Made by a program: the position numbers and the translations under genes. From the NCBI RefSeq assembly GCF_009914755.1, contig NC_060933.1: a stretch of DNA of 64,000 bases; one strand, given 5' to 3'. Below, piece after piece: positions 1 to 14,359 of the stretch. Under the pieces are notes generated by a model. The model had not been told where the DNA came from. It worked only from the letters and a program-made list of their open reading frames with translations, and made no database searches. The DNA comes from the human T2T-CHM13v2.0 reference genome, Homo sapiens. Position 1 is the stretch's first letter, and the number at the start of each line of letters is the position of its first letter.

Positions 1-474
1 ACCCCCAATGCTTCCTTCACCTTCCTGCAGCAAAAGGCAGCATGGATTGGGTGCTGAGCACAATGTTGGGTTCCACACTGCTCAATAAAGACAAGCTCTT
101 TATCTGATCACTAGCCTGTGTGCATGATAAACACATGCTGACTTCAAGGAAGGTCAGTAGGTTGAAAAATGCATTGATGGGATGAATATAAGTTCTGTCT
201 CTAGTGGGAACAGCTTCGCCTTCACTGTGCTGATGGCACACTTTTGGAGAAGTGCCAGTCACATGTTCTAAACCTCTGGCCAAATAGGTATTTTGGTAAA
301 CTAGGCCAAATACCCCATGGCCCTGGCCACAGTGGCTGGTCTAAGGCAGGGCAGCAAGGAACCCAAGTCATTGGGACCTTACAATGTGGCACTGGAGAGA
401 AAGGCCGTGGCCCCTCCTGTCTCATTCAGAAAGAGATGATGCTAGATCTGCCACAGCCACATTCCCACCACCGT

Positions 475-585
475 CTGCAGTTAGGAAATGAAACCAAAAA
501 GAGACCAGCGGAGAAGGGAGGGAGCATCCTGGATACCCCACACTGCTGGGTCTATCAGCCTGAACTGTGTCCACCCCACACTTAC
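475..585 (-). other. Candidate 111-bp GT-AG intron of a minus-strand (probably non-coding) transcript
   Basis: Minus strand reads CTG|GTAAGT at 586/585 (strong donor) and tctctttttggtttcatttcctaactgcag| ending at 475 (pyrimidine tract, CTAAC, CAG). The spliced frame stops after about 10 codons. Confidence 0.35.
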
Positions 586-1532
586 CAGCTTGTGTGAGCA
601 AGTGAATTCCCTCTTAGGTTTAAGCTGATTTGAGGTTTCACTCACACAGGATATGAGGCCTGGGGTGGGCTGTGGCACCTGACAGACCTTACAATACAGA
701 AGAGACTGGATCAAGACAGGAGAAGGCTGGGCTCTCCCTACGTTAACCGCCCTCACAGAGAGGAGTAAAGCTGCTGGGAAACCCTCGCCTTTCGCCAACA
801 GGGATTGAACCACATCCCTGCTGAACTTCATCCAGAGAGCAGTGGAAAACGCCAGAATATGAGGTGGTGCATCAGCCTTCTCCCGCCTTCAACTATGAGA
901 CAAGCCTCCCTTCAAACAGGCAGAAACAGGATGGAATTCAGTTTGTTTTAAAAAACAAAACCAAAAATAAACCAGAGAGAAGAGCTTTTCTGACTGAGAC
1001 CAGAGAACCAATACAGATAGGTCAGGTAATCACGCCCTTTTTCTGATTATAAAAGGCAAATTCCCTGCCGCAACCTGGAGTCAGTGTGAGCAAGTAACAA
1101 GGTATCTAGGATTGCTTAGGGGCTGCAGAGAACCTATAGGTCAGAGTGACTCAACATTGAAAAGAGTTAGGCCAATAGAGGAGCTTGCAGGAGCTCAGCA
1201 GGTGGGAGGAGAGTGACAACACAGTTTCATGTCCTGGGCCATTCTTCTGCCAAAGTGGTACTCAGCTCCCATTGGGTGGCTACCACCCACGACTACAGCT
1301 TTCTCCCAAGGACCCACCAGGGCCCAGGGAGGGACCAGCTACTCTCACTCCCCATTCCTAACGCAAGGGCTGCACCACCCCTCGATGGCTTCCCCGCCCC
1401 CATGTTCACCTCTGTGAATAATCCCTTTACAGTTTCCGTGCTGCGGTCCCTCCCACTGAGCTCCTCACTGGCACAGGGGCATGTTGGGGACCTTGGGGTC
1501 ATTTTTTGCCATTTAGTGTAGTCGTGACCTAG

Positions 1533-1923
<391 letters not shown>

Positions 1924-2265
1924 CCATATTTTCAAACAGAATTATATTGATTATTTTGGACCATGAGCATACATTGGTTATAAAATCAATGAATTTCATT
2001 TTAAGATAGTGAATAGAATGTTTCTAAATATCTTTTAAGGGTGGGCTGGAAGAAGGGCTGGGTCTCAGAGTTGGAAACCACTGGTTAGGGATTTGGCGTC
2101 TTCCCTTCCCAAAGACTGCTAGACTCCATACACAATTATTCAACCCTTCCCAAATTCCAGCCTTCTGTACCCATAAATAAACAGCTTTGCCAGGCACCTA
2201 AAACAGCCAAAGTTCTTCTTTCACCTTTTTCCTGGTTTCCCACATACATAACGAAGATTTGCTCA

Positions 2266-2631
<366 letters not shown>

Positions 2632-2739
2632 TCATGTATTATATTTCATGATGGTTATTCTAGGGGGAAAGGAAGGAAGGTAACCTGGCTGTACACCTGA
2701 GCATGTTCAGGCCTGGGCTGTACCCTGACGTGCACCATC

Positions 2740-2942
2740 TCCTCTACTCCTCACAACAGCGGGCTCTGCTTTTCCCTTCCTGGCACTTATCAATATCTGG
2801 CGGTTTATATAGCAATTAAACTTCCTTCCTCACCACCTCCCAATGTGAGCTCTGTGTAGGGAGCTGTTTTGCTCACTGTTGTATCCCAAGCACCGAGGAC
2901 TTCCTGGATGAGAGAGGATTTTGAAGAAATGTGTGTTAAAAT
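2740..2942 (-). mobile_element. L2 3' end fragment
   Basis: aatgtgagctc...ttttgctcactgttgtatcccaagcacc resembles the L2 terminus. Confidence 0.55.
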
Positions 2943-2953
2943 AATTGTGTTAT

Positions 2954-3396
2954 GCCAGGTGCAGTGACTCATGCCTGCAATCCCAGCACTTTGGGAGGCT
3001 CAGGCGGGTGGATCACTTGAGGTCAAGAGTTCGAGACCAGCCTGGCCAACATGGTGAAACCCCATTTCTACCGAAAATATAAAAATTAGCCTGGTGTTGT
3101 GGAACATGTCTGTAATCCCAGCACTTAGGGAGGCCGAGGTGGGTGGATCGCCTGAGCTCAGGAGTTCAAGACCAGCCTGGCCAACATGATGAAACTCTGT
3201 CTCTAGAAAAATACATAAAAAATTAGCCAGACATGGTGGCAGGCGCCTGTAAACCCAGCTACTCAGGAGGCTGAGGCAGTAGAATCGCTTGAGCCTGGGA
3301 GGCAGAGGTTGCAGTGAGCCGAGATCACATCATTGTACTCCATCCAGCCTGGGCAGCAGAGCGAGACCCTGACCCCACCCCCAACCCCTGCCAAAA
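2954..3396 (+). mobile_element. Trimeric Alu (left-left-right arms)
   Basis: Two consecutive left monomers, each with its A-rich linker, then a right monomer; TSD aattgtgttatg at 2943-2954 and 3397-3408. Confidence 0.85.
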
Positions 3397-3474
3397 AATT
3401 GTGTTATGACTTAGGTATTATCAATGCCATTCCATGCTGAGGAACCTGAGGCTTGGAGAAATTACAAGACTGTC

Positions 3475-4218
3475 TGTGATGGTGAATTTTGTGTGTCAAC
3501 CTTGCTAGGCCATGGTGCTCAGCTGTATGGTCAAACACAGTTCAGATGTTGCGGTGACAGTATTTTAAAGATGTGACTAACGTTTATAATCGGTACTTTG
3601 AGTAAAGCAGACAACTTTCATAATGTGAATGGGCCTCAAACAATCTGTTGAAAGCCTTAAAAGCAAAGCCTACGATTTCCCAAAAAAGAAGGAATCCTGT
3701 CTCGAGACTGCAACGTAGAAACCTCACCTGAGTTTCCAGCCTGCTGGCCTGTGGAATTCTGACTCAAAACTCAAACACCAACTCCAGCCTGAATCTTCAG
3801 CCTGCCAGCCTGCCCTGTGGATTTTGGGTTTGCCAGCTGCCCCAATCATGTGAGCCAACTCCTTAAAATAAACCCAGATAGATAAGTGATAGATAGATAG
3901 ATAGATACATAGGCAGATAGACAGAGAGTATACCTATATATATAGAGAGAGAATGAGGTTTCTATGTTGCAGTCTTGAGACAGAATTCCTTCTTTTTTGG
4001 GAAATCATATATATATATGATATATATACACATATATATATAATCTCCTATGTATCTATCTATCTAAATATGTATGTGTATATATGTATACATATCTAGA
4101 TAGACAGATAAGAGATAGATATATATAGGAGATATCTATATCTATATCTATATCTATCTAAAGTCTCCTTTCAGTATATCCTACCACTCTGTTTCTCTGG
4201 AGGACCATGACCAACACA
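3475..4218 (+). mobile_element. MLT2 (ERVL) solo LTR with internal (TAGA)n/(TA)n microsatellite
   Basis: Starts tgtgatggtgaattttgtgtgtcaac and ends ctgtttctctggaggaccatgaccaacaca; simple repeat at about 3878-4160. Confidence 0.85.
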
Positions 4219-5333
4219 CCATCCAAGCTCACATCTGCTCAGTGTCAAGGATGGCTAATGACTGATATTTATTATGTGATTCAGTCCTTATAAAGATCAT
4301 GCATGATGTTTCACAGGTGAGGAAACTAAGGCTCAAGTGTTAAGAAACTGGCCCAAGTTGCACAGCTGGAAAGAGTCAGGCTTTGCACACAGGTGCCACC
4401 TGTGAGTCTGACTCTCCTCACTGCTGCACCACTCCCCTGAAAGGAACAGCGAGAGCCCATCTGACTCCTTCGCTGTGCCTCTCCCAATAGCATCCTCAAG
4501 AACACCTAGAACAGAAGCATCAACAGTCCCCATAACCATGACGACCACAGCCAGCCATGCAAGAGCCCAGCAGCAATGACGACCACCACTAGAGTCAGCG
4601 GTGTCAGAGCCCAACATAACCACCACTAGAGCCAGTGGTCCCCAAGGCTCTGTTTCCCTCCAGGCACCTTTCTGGCACTTTCTGTGTACAAATACCTTTC
4701 CTCCCCACAAGGGCACCATGAGGTAGGCGCTGCTTTATCAAACAAAGCAACATTGCTACACATGAGTTGCATCGCTTGCCTGGGTTAAAGTTACATACAG
4801 GGACCAAGTTTCTTGATTATCACTAAGTGCTTGCAATAGCCACAGACTTTCTCAGTGGTGAGGCATGTCACCGTCCACACAGACGCTACTAGGCAGGAAC
4901 TATAGCTGCCATCAGTTGTTCAGGGTGTCCAGGCCATCCCTGAAGGGCCTCAGTGAAGCCCCTTGTGATATTAAACCCTTCCCCGCAGTTTGCCCAGGTT
5001 GCCTAGAGTGGGTGGCGATGAGGAAAGGTGCAGGGGCCTCTGTGTGGGGACATCACAGTCAGTGGCCCATGGTCTCAAAGGATGGCTGCCACCATTACCC
5101 CTCTGTTGTCGGAACTTCTGTTGGGCCAGCCTTCGGCCCAGACCTCACACTGCTGCTATACATGCGACACGAGCCCTGGCAGAGCTCGCAGGATTCTCAG
5201 CTGGGGGGCTTCAAAGACAGCCTTACAAAGGCACAAACATCACCCTTCACTCAACCAGCCTGTACCCTGTATGTAACAAGCCTGTGGCTCACAGTCTGCT
5301 TGGGAGGCCCACACTTGATATCAGAGCACTGAG

Positions 5334-5387
5334 GACAGAGTGTAAATCTGGGCTTGCTGAGACAGAGTGTAAATCTGGGCTTGCTGA
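5334..5387. repeat. Perfect 27-bp tandem duplication
   Basis: gacagagtgtaaatctgggcttgctga x2. Confidence 0.95.
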
Positions 5388-5603
5388 AGATGCCATGTAG
5401 AACAAACCAAGCCCTGCACAAAAAACCCTGTGCGGGGGGAACAGGAGCAGCTCTGAGTGTGGGGTTGGGAGAAACTTTCATTTCATGCTTAAAGTAGTTC
5501 ATAGTGAGTGAACATCACTTTTATAATCAGAAAAAACATGTAAGGATCTTTTTCTACTTGCCTCCCAAAAACTGAGTATTAGTTTTGTTCATCTGATAAA
5601 TCC

Positions 5604-5693
5604 AGAGAGAGACAGAGACAAAGAGAGATTCAGACCGAGAGAGACAGACAGAGACACAGAGAATGAGACAGAAAGATATGGAGAGAGAGAGAG
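5604..5693. repeat. Degenerate (GA)n/(GACA)n simple repeat
   Basis: gagagacagagac... run. Confidence 0.8.
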
Positions 5694-5699
5694 AATTCC

Positions 5700-6520
5700 T
5701 TTGGTTTTGCCTATCTGATTACTAGTGAGACTGAGAGTTTTTGCATATGGTTATTAGTTCTTTGTATTTCTTCTTTTGTGACTCAGTTATTCCTGGATTA
5801 CACCGTCTTCTCCCTTGGGTTGCTTCTCTTTTGTATGATTGATGCATAAGACTTCCTTATATATTAATGTTTTTAATCCTTTGTCTATTGCATATGTTGC
5901 AAAAAATGTCTTTGTCTTTTAACTCCACTATTTTATCAGAGGGAAGATACACTTATGGGGACAGATCTAGTGATCTTTCCGTTTGTGAGTTTTGCCTTTT
6001 CTGTCGGCCTTGTTAAGTTCTTCTGCGTGCTGAAAGATTGTATAGTTGGTGACTTACATGCTATTCTCAGGTTTTTATAGTTGTATTTTTTCCATTTAAG
6101 TCTTTAAACCATTTGGGATTCATTTTGATGCAAAACATGAGAGAGCGATCTAAATTTTTTCCCCAGTAGCTGGCTAATTTTAACAACTACAGCTTGGGCA
6201 AGTCTTTTCCCACTGATGGAGAAGGCTCCTTGATTGTTTCACAAAGTCCTGTCTACTTCTGGTGAGTCTGAACTTCCTTATTTTCTTTCACTACTTGTTG
6301 GCTCAAACAGGAGAATCATTACTATTTTAATTATTGTAAATTTTACAATATCTATTTATATAAAATTGGCCAGGAAAAGTCACCCTCATTATTTTTCTTT
6401 TTCAGAATTTCCAAGCTATTTGTCTATATTTATTTTTTCTGAATGAACTTTAGAACATTTTGTTGTGTTCCCCCTAAAGAAAGCTTTGACTTCAGTTTTA
6501 TTAAATTCCCAAATTTACAG
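5700..6520 (-). mobile_element. Old L1 (L1M-type) ORF2/3' fragment
   Basis: T-rich antisense L1 motifs (ctgattactagtgag..., tgcatatgttgcaaa, ttttatagtt...tttaagtctttaaaccattt). Confidence 0.65.
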
Positions 6521-6574
6521 AACAATAGGCTTCACATCCAAAGAGAGGCTATGGGTTTCCATTTCAGTGAAAAA

Positions 6575-6805
6575 AATGTGGCTGAGAACATGTACTTTTG
6601 AGTTAGATGGCCTGGGTTCAAATCCCAACTGAAAAACTTTCTAACTCTGTGACCTTGGGCAAGATAGTAAACCTCTCTGTGCCTCAAGTTCAATATATAT
6701 AAAGTGTGGGTAATAAGAGTAGCCATTTCATAGGATGGTTGTACAACTTAAATGAATGTATATTTGTCAGGTGACTAGAATAATGCATGGCGCATTCTTA
6801 ATAGA
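6575..6805 (+). mobile_element. MIR SINE
   Basis: cctgggttcaaatccca...ctgtgaccttgggcaag...aacctctctgtgcctca core. Confidence 0.8.
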
Positions 6806-6900
6806 TGCTAACTTTTCTTATTTGATACTTTCTTCTTTTACTTTCCTCAGTAACATTTTGTAGTCTGCTCCATGTTGGTTCCATATGAGAATGTTGGGAG

Positions 6901-6936
6901 GATAAGATGAGTCAACACGATAAGATGAGTCAACAC
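6901..6936. repeat. 18-bp tandem duplication containing GATAAG and AP-1 TGAGTCA
   Basis: gataagatgagtcaacac x2. Confidence 0.9.
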
Positions 6937-8081
6937 ACAGAAAATACAGAACAGCAGATGCCCCATTGTAAGCACTCAATTATATTGTCCTTTTTTTTCT
7001 TTTTTCTTTTACTTTTTTCATTCCTGAAACATTATAGAAAAGGGGAGTGGCAGCTGGAGGTGTTGTGCTGACCTTCTATATTGTCTTTTTAACATCAAAT
7101 GACAGTGCCACCTCTTTCTATGCCCACCTGTCGCCTTTCAGGCTCATTCCAACTTCAGTACTGTGAAAAATGTTGAATAAAAATAAAAGAGAAAAACACT
7201 CGTTTTGGACAATGGTCCATATTTTCTGTACACTAAAAATCACCCTTATGTATCTCATGTAATTCAAGTCAGAGAACAAGTCTCTCTGAGACTGTATAGT
7301 CTTCATGGGTGAGGGAGAGAGATGGGTCCTCAGCTATTTGTTTTAAATTTCATTCCCAGGCTAAGACTGTCTTTTCTGGGTTTCAGCTGGAATAGGGTTT
7401 TCCTGTCTCGTTATAAATCTGTGAGTGTGAACGACCATAACAGAAACACTCTACGACCTTTGTGTGCAGTTGTAACTGCAGATCCTTTCGTCACAGGAAA
7501 ATTACAGTAGTAACTTGAATCCCTTATGGTTCATCAAGATGAACAAATTACAGCACTTGACGAGTGAACATTTGAATTAATGCAAGATCCCACAATCAGC
7601 ATCAGGGCGCACACACATACGATCCATCTGTCCACTGTAGCCACAAGGGCTTCGTGCTCCTTTGTCTCATCATCACAGTCTTTAGCAGATATTTGCTTTC
7701 TGCTCATCCTCACTCGTGGCTTGTAAGGATTTGTTGGAATATAGTTTAATGAGCAATAGCTGTCAGCTACACACTCCTGGATTGCCATGAGATTTTAAGA
7801 AAGACTTTTTCTTCTCATTCATTTCAAACAAAAACAAACAGAAATTCCCCTGCACAGAAAAGATTCCATAGGTGCTAAAACTCTGAAGCTCTAATTTCTA
7901 ATGGCAGCTGTCTCTTGGACCATGGACTTAGTTAAGTCAATCTCCTTGAACCTACTTTTTACTCTGTGAAAATGGTCATAAAATAATCTCATAGTGGTGA
8001 GATTAATCTCACATTCTCATACATGCAAATAATTATGCAAACCTCTAATTTTCCGTAAGGACCATATTTGTGAAATATGAC

Positions 8082-8499
8082 TGACATAGTTTGGATATTT
8101 GTCCCCTCGAAATCTCATGTTGGAACATAATCCCCAATGTTGGAGGTGGGTCTAGTGGGAGGTGTTTAAGTCATGACAGTGGATCCCTCATGAATGGCTT
8201 GGTGCTATCCCCATGGTAATGAGCGAGTTCTCCATCTATTAGTTCACTCAAGAATTTGTAGTTTAAAAGGGTGTGGCAAGCCTCCTCCTCTCTTGCTCTC
8301 TCTCTCACCATGTGACACACCAGCTCCGTTTGCTTTGCACCACGAGTAAAACTTCCTGAGGCTTCACCAGAAGCTGAACAGATGCCAACGCCATGCATTT
8401 TGGACAGCCTGCAGAATCGTGAGCCAAATAAATCTCTTTTCTTTATAAATTACCTCATCTCAGATATTCCTTTACAGCAGTACAAAATGAACTAATACA
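8082..8499 (+). mobile_element. MST (MaLR) solo LTR, MSTB-like
   Basis: tgacatagtttggat...aactaataca; 5-bp TSD atgac on both sides. Confidence 0.9.
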
Positions 8500-8524
8500 A
8501 TGACTGCATAGCAAATTGTCCTGA

Positions 8525-9001
8525 GACCTATGCAGTCAGGAACCCAGTGGTGGCTGACCTGGGGCTTCTGGCTCTGGATTCTGTTGTGTGGCTGCAGTCA
8601 AGCTGTCATCAGGGCTGTGGTCTCAACTGAAGGCTTTGCTGGGGCTGGAGGATCTGCTTCTAAACTCATTCATGTGTTGTCATCAGATGTCAGCTCCTTG
8701 CTGACTGTTGGCCAGAGACTTCAGTTCCTTCCTGCATAGACCAACCCATAGGGCTACTCACAAAATAACAGTTGGCTTCCTCTAGAGCAAGTGATTTGAG
8801 AGAGAGAGAAACAGAGAGAGCCAGCCCCAAGACAGAAGTCATAGTTTCTCTTATTGCCTAATCTCATAGTGATATCTCCTCACTACATTGTATACTAATG
8901 ATCACATAGACCAACCCTGGCCCCACGTTGGAGAGGACCCTACAAGGTGTAAAAACCAGGACATGGGGTCATTGGGGGCCGTCTTAGAAGTTGGCTACCA
9001 A
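8525..9001 (-). mobile_element. MLT1-family MaLR LTR
   Basis: ggctgcagtcaagctgtc...gggctggaggatctgcttc...ggggccgtcttagaagttggctacca. Confidence 0.7.
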
Positions 9002-9645
9002 AAGTACCATAAAAATGCTAAGCTAAATAGGGAGATGTAGAGTATGCTAGCAAGTGTTAAAGAAAAATCAGAATTCATTTTCTCCTTTTGAAAACCAGGC
9101 GTCAGTTACAGTTCACCCTGGAAACTCCTTCATCAGCAGCCCAAATTCTCAGCAGTGACCTGTTGCCTGCCCAGCCTGGAGAATTTGCCAGCTATTACCA
9201 GAACCATGCTCCCAACAGTGCAGAAATAATGGAAATACACCTGCATTCTCTCACTGCAAGAATATCTTGGGCTCCCCAGAGTCTGGCTGCTTTTAGTTTT
9301 GGTTACTCAGTGTGTGCTTGTGAGCACCTCCAGGAAAGGGGGTTCTGCCTTGCAGACAACCCCAGGCAGAGTCTGAAACCAAGGTTCTAACCACAGGAAT
9401 GAACCTTCGGACTTGCCTGCTTAAGACTGCTTAGGACAAAGCCCCGTATCACACAGCCTGCAGCACATCTTCACTTCTGTCTTGCTTTGCAGGCATGCTA
9501 AGAGGGCCAGAGGGGAGTGTCTTGGGTCAAATAACACAGGAGACTTAAGAGCAATTTGATCTTACACCTCAAAAAAAGGAAATGTCCAATGGCCGCATGT
9601 GAGGGGAACCTGTACATCTTCAAATCCATTGAAAATGTGTTCAGG

Positions 9646-9982
<337 letters not shown>

Positions 9983-12185
9983 TCAGGGTATGATACAACG
10001 TTCCATTCAAAGACTGTTCCCTAAGCATGTGCCGAGCAGATCTGATGCACCAGCTTGAACACTGGCGTACGAAGCTGAACCAAGCATAGACAGGCTGACC
10101 CTCAAATATCTTCCATTTACAGAGACAGGCAAGCATTGCACACAAAAAAACTATCACACAAGGCAAAATATGGTAAATACTGGTGGAGAAGTCAAAACAA
10201 AATAATCTAAGAATTCCAGAGGAAAAAAACACCTTTTTATTATTAAAATTAATAGTTCATAACTAAATCAGTTATTTATTAATTGGGAAGATGCATTTTT
10301 CCTACCCTTGTTTGTTTAGACCTGTTATGGGCCCAGCAGTGTGCTGGAACACAGGAGAAAAACCACAGCCCCCTGGGAAGGAACTAGATCTGCACGGATC
10401 AGCAGCACAACACGTGACCTTTAGGCCGGAACAGATCTAGGTGGGTTGGAATAAAGCTGTCATCGTGAGAAGACAATTCTCTGCAGGGGGTAATCAAGGA
10501 TCTACCGTGGGAGTCATGCTCTGAGGGGGTGCGGACGGATGAAAAGGACACTGACAAGGGGCAGAGAGGTCGCATGGAGAGAACATTTCAGAAGGTACAG
10601 CATATGCAAGAACATAAACCCATAAAACACCCCCGCATATGGAAACAGTTGCAAGTGCTTTGGAGATGCTAGTTTTATAGAACACAAAGGCAAAAGTGAG
10701 GCAGGAAAAGGTCCGAAAGTGTGGCTGAGCTGACGAGTGCAGGAGCATGGATTCTTTTCTCTAGGCAGCAGGCCTCCTTTGAGGGCCAAGTAACAAGCCT
10801 CTTTGAGAATCTGACAAAGCTCTGGTCACAGCTGTTGCAATAGTGCACACCGATACAATTGTATCTACAATTCTGAGGGTCCATGGAGCCCAGGAGCCCC
10901 TCTGTGGACCTTCTGCGATATGAGGATAAGAGCGCTCTTACTCACCTCAGGGATCCCTGGCTGGAATTCTCACTGGAGCGAGATACTCAGACGCTCACCT
11001 CAGAGCCACCCTCCAGGCAGCAGAACGGAGGACAGGTCTACAGGAGAGAGGGCAGAGGCAGGGAGCTACTGAATGCATCTGAAAACGTGGTCAACAGCTG
11101 AGAGCTTAATGGGTGTCTACCAATATGTTTCCTCACTCTGAAATGCAGAACACGGCATCAATTTAATAACAGCTGTTTAGGAAAAAGAAGAACTCACTTT
11201 AAATAGACACTCTTTTCTATCTCACTTTTTTCATTTAGGATTTTTGGATGGGGGGAGTGGGGCAGTGGAAACCAACTCTGATTAACTTAAACATGACAAA
11301 AGTTGGGGCTTATCCTAAGAACACTGGGTATCTCATACAACCAACAGAGATGCACACACAGCCTCTGTTGGTTGGGTGGACAGGACGCAGGGCAGGAGCC
11401 TGGGCACTGCAGGCAGTGAGTCCTGCACAATGAGCGACCCTGTGGCTGATCTCAGACGAGAGCCTCTCTGTGTGTCTTCCCATGACTTTCCTTCTCCCAA
11501 GACAGTGTCTGGTTGGCTTATTGAGACCCAGCCCCCATTCCTGGGCTGGGCAGCCCCACCAAAAGCTCTGTGAAATGATACAGAACAAGGCCCCAAAGCA
11601 AGGAAGAAAGTGCCATTATCAGAAAAAAATTAAAAATTTTAAAAGTAGGGAAGGATGATGGCTAACCAAAAATAACTGATTTGCAATAGACTGATAAAAG
11701 CATATATTTCTCCAGACACATAGGTTTTCTTCTTCATTATCAGACCTTTGCTTACTTAACAAATTTTGTACTTTCTATGTGCCAGGCACTGGGAATTACA
11801 GCAGTGGAAAAATAACAGACGAAAATTCCTTCCCTCACTGGCCTCCCATTCTTGTGGAAGTTTGACTCTAAGCATTCTGCAGGTACAGACGCTAAAGGCC
11901 CTGGCTGCTGTGGCTTGGCCTGTTGCCTGGAGTTAAGTGATGCTGTTCATAACCTACTCAAGTCCTGGACCTCTTTGCCACCACTGGGACTGACAGAATA
12001 ATATTTTGAAATATCATACTGAAGAATACCATGGTTTTATGCATTTTTCATTTTCAGTTGAATTCACAGTCTTATTCTTTGTCTATCTGAATTCCTATTG
12101 CTGGAAATCATCTGGAAGTTTCTGACAGAAGGAATTTCCACAGCTGAGTATGGCACCAGGGTCAAGCATAAGAACTGTACTCTTG

Positions 12186-12560
<375 letters not shown>

Positions 12561-14359
12561 TCAATGTTGCAGCACCATGTGACTTTTCAGTAAAAATTAG
12601 AGACAACTAAATTTCAGTTAAACTTCACCTATTGTGTGTCACCACCAACACAAACAACAGAACCATTGTCCTACAATGATACTACAGTTTACCTCCCAGC
12701 TGGTGGTGGTATCCGGGAGTCAGAAGTGTTAGATTGTAAAAAATGATGTGTCTTAGAATGGACAATGCAATTCAATCAGCAGATGGCCAGAAGAATGGAG
12801 CCGGAACAGGCTGACAGAAATGCTCACAGGTGGCTTCTTGGGTCGTTATGAAACAGCTCCTGGGACCTGTCTTAAATGGATGCGTCACATGGTGCTTCTC
12901 CCCATATGGCCAGAGTCAGGGCAGTTGAATTCCCAGGTTTCCAGGTTTACACCACAGCTGCAGACATCACAGAGGAGGAAAGCAAGTGGTGGTCCAGATA
13001 CAAAAATACTCTCAGGCCTGCGAGCAGCCTGCAACGGCCGAAGCGCCCCGGAAAGGAGAGCTCATCACGCCTCGTGTCCTGCCAGCCCACTAGGCCCTCG
13101 GCCAGGCCTCCAGACTCGGCCAACTGTCTCCTGCCCCAGACCTCGTGCTCTCCCCAGCTCTGAGCACAGACTGAGGCAGCCTCTTGTTCTCCAGGCACAG
13201 AGATGGTGGTAGGCTGTGAACAGCCAAAGCCAGAGAAGCAGCCTGTCTAGGCTACTCCACAGGTGTAGAAATATGGAGGTCTCCCACTTCCCAGAGCCAA
13301 GGTGAATTGCAGGGTAATTTGAGGCTGACAGACCGGTATGCAGGGACGTTCCTCCATGGCCTCCCATGACAGGCTCTGCAGTGCTGGAGGACAGCCATAC
13401 ATATTTGTCCAGTTGCATAGTTCGGGCTTGTGAAAATCAGAACTGAGAAATAAGCTCTTTATTCTCTTTCCAAAAACAATGCTTGAACTCTGACTTCTGC
13501 CCCCCCTCCACCTCATTTCTGCTCGATTTTCAATCTGTTTTCTATTATTTTCACTTCACATCCCTGTGCAGACTTTGCTAGAAATGCAGTGAGTCCAGGT
13601 CAAAAAACAATCAGCGCATTATGCTGAACGTATCTGAATACCTCCTTGTTGCTATGAAAACCTACTCATTCTGGGGACTGATTTGAGGCCACTCCTGGCC
13701 TTGCTGAGGTGCTCCTCCTCCCAACAGAGAACAGCCTGGCCTTCAGAAGCATGTCTTGTGTCTTGGAGTCACCTGGTATATCCCTAGGCAGGGCCCCGTC
13801 CACACAGCCAGGAGTGGCTGGGTTAGTCCCCCAGTGAACCAGCAGCCACCTCCCTCCCTGGCTGTTTTTCTAGACCTGCCCTCTGCCCAGGGGCTGCATG
13901 TATATTTGCCGCTTCCCCAAAAGGGGGCATTTCCCACCGTTCTGGAATTCTTGATTATGCATGCATCTGTGCGTGTGAAGCCAACCCAGTTGCCTGGCAC
14001 TTTTCATACTGTTCCAACCAGCTGTTTCCAGTCGGTCAGAGTTTCAGCTGGGTTAGCTGTTTCTTCTCTCCTGGACGTGTAGTGCAGTCTGTACTATTTA
14101 GACCCTGGTGTCTGCTTGTTTAATCAATGCTGGAGACACGTGGGAAATAGAGATGACCCTGTTCTGAACCGGTTAGGTGGTATGGGCACCAGTAGGGCCT
14201 CAGGAGGAAACTTAGCCTTTGAGGAAACCGAGGAGGGTGCACCTGTACAGGGTGGTGCTTCCAGCTAAGGAAGTGTGGGGAGATGCTGCCACGGCTGCTC
14301 CATGTCTTTCACTTGTACGCTTGCATGTGTATGACCTGGTTGCTTCTGTGTGGGCCGGA

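Noticed and set aside
769-850. Peptide SCWETLAFRQQGLNHIPAELHP resembling an LRR N-cap
   Set aside because: Preceded by a stop, lacks the conserved cysteines, and no LRR repeats follow.
7534-7788. 84-aa ORF with a hydrophobic stretch in unique DNA
   Set aside because: No recognisable homology or splice context; the length is within chance expectation.
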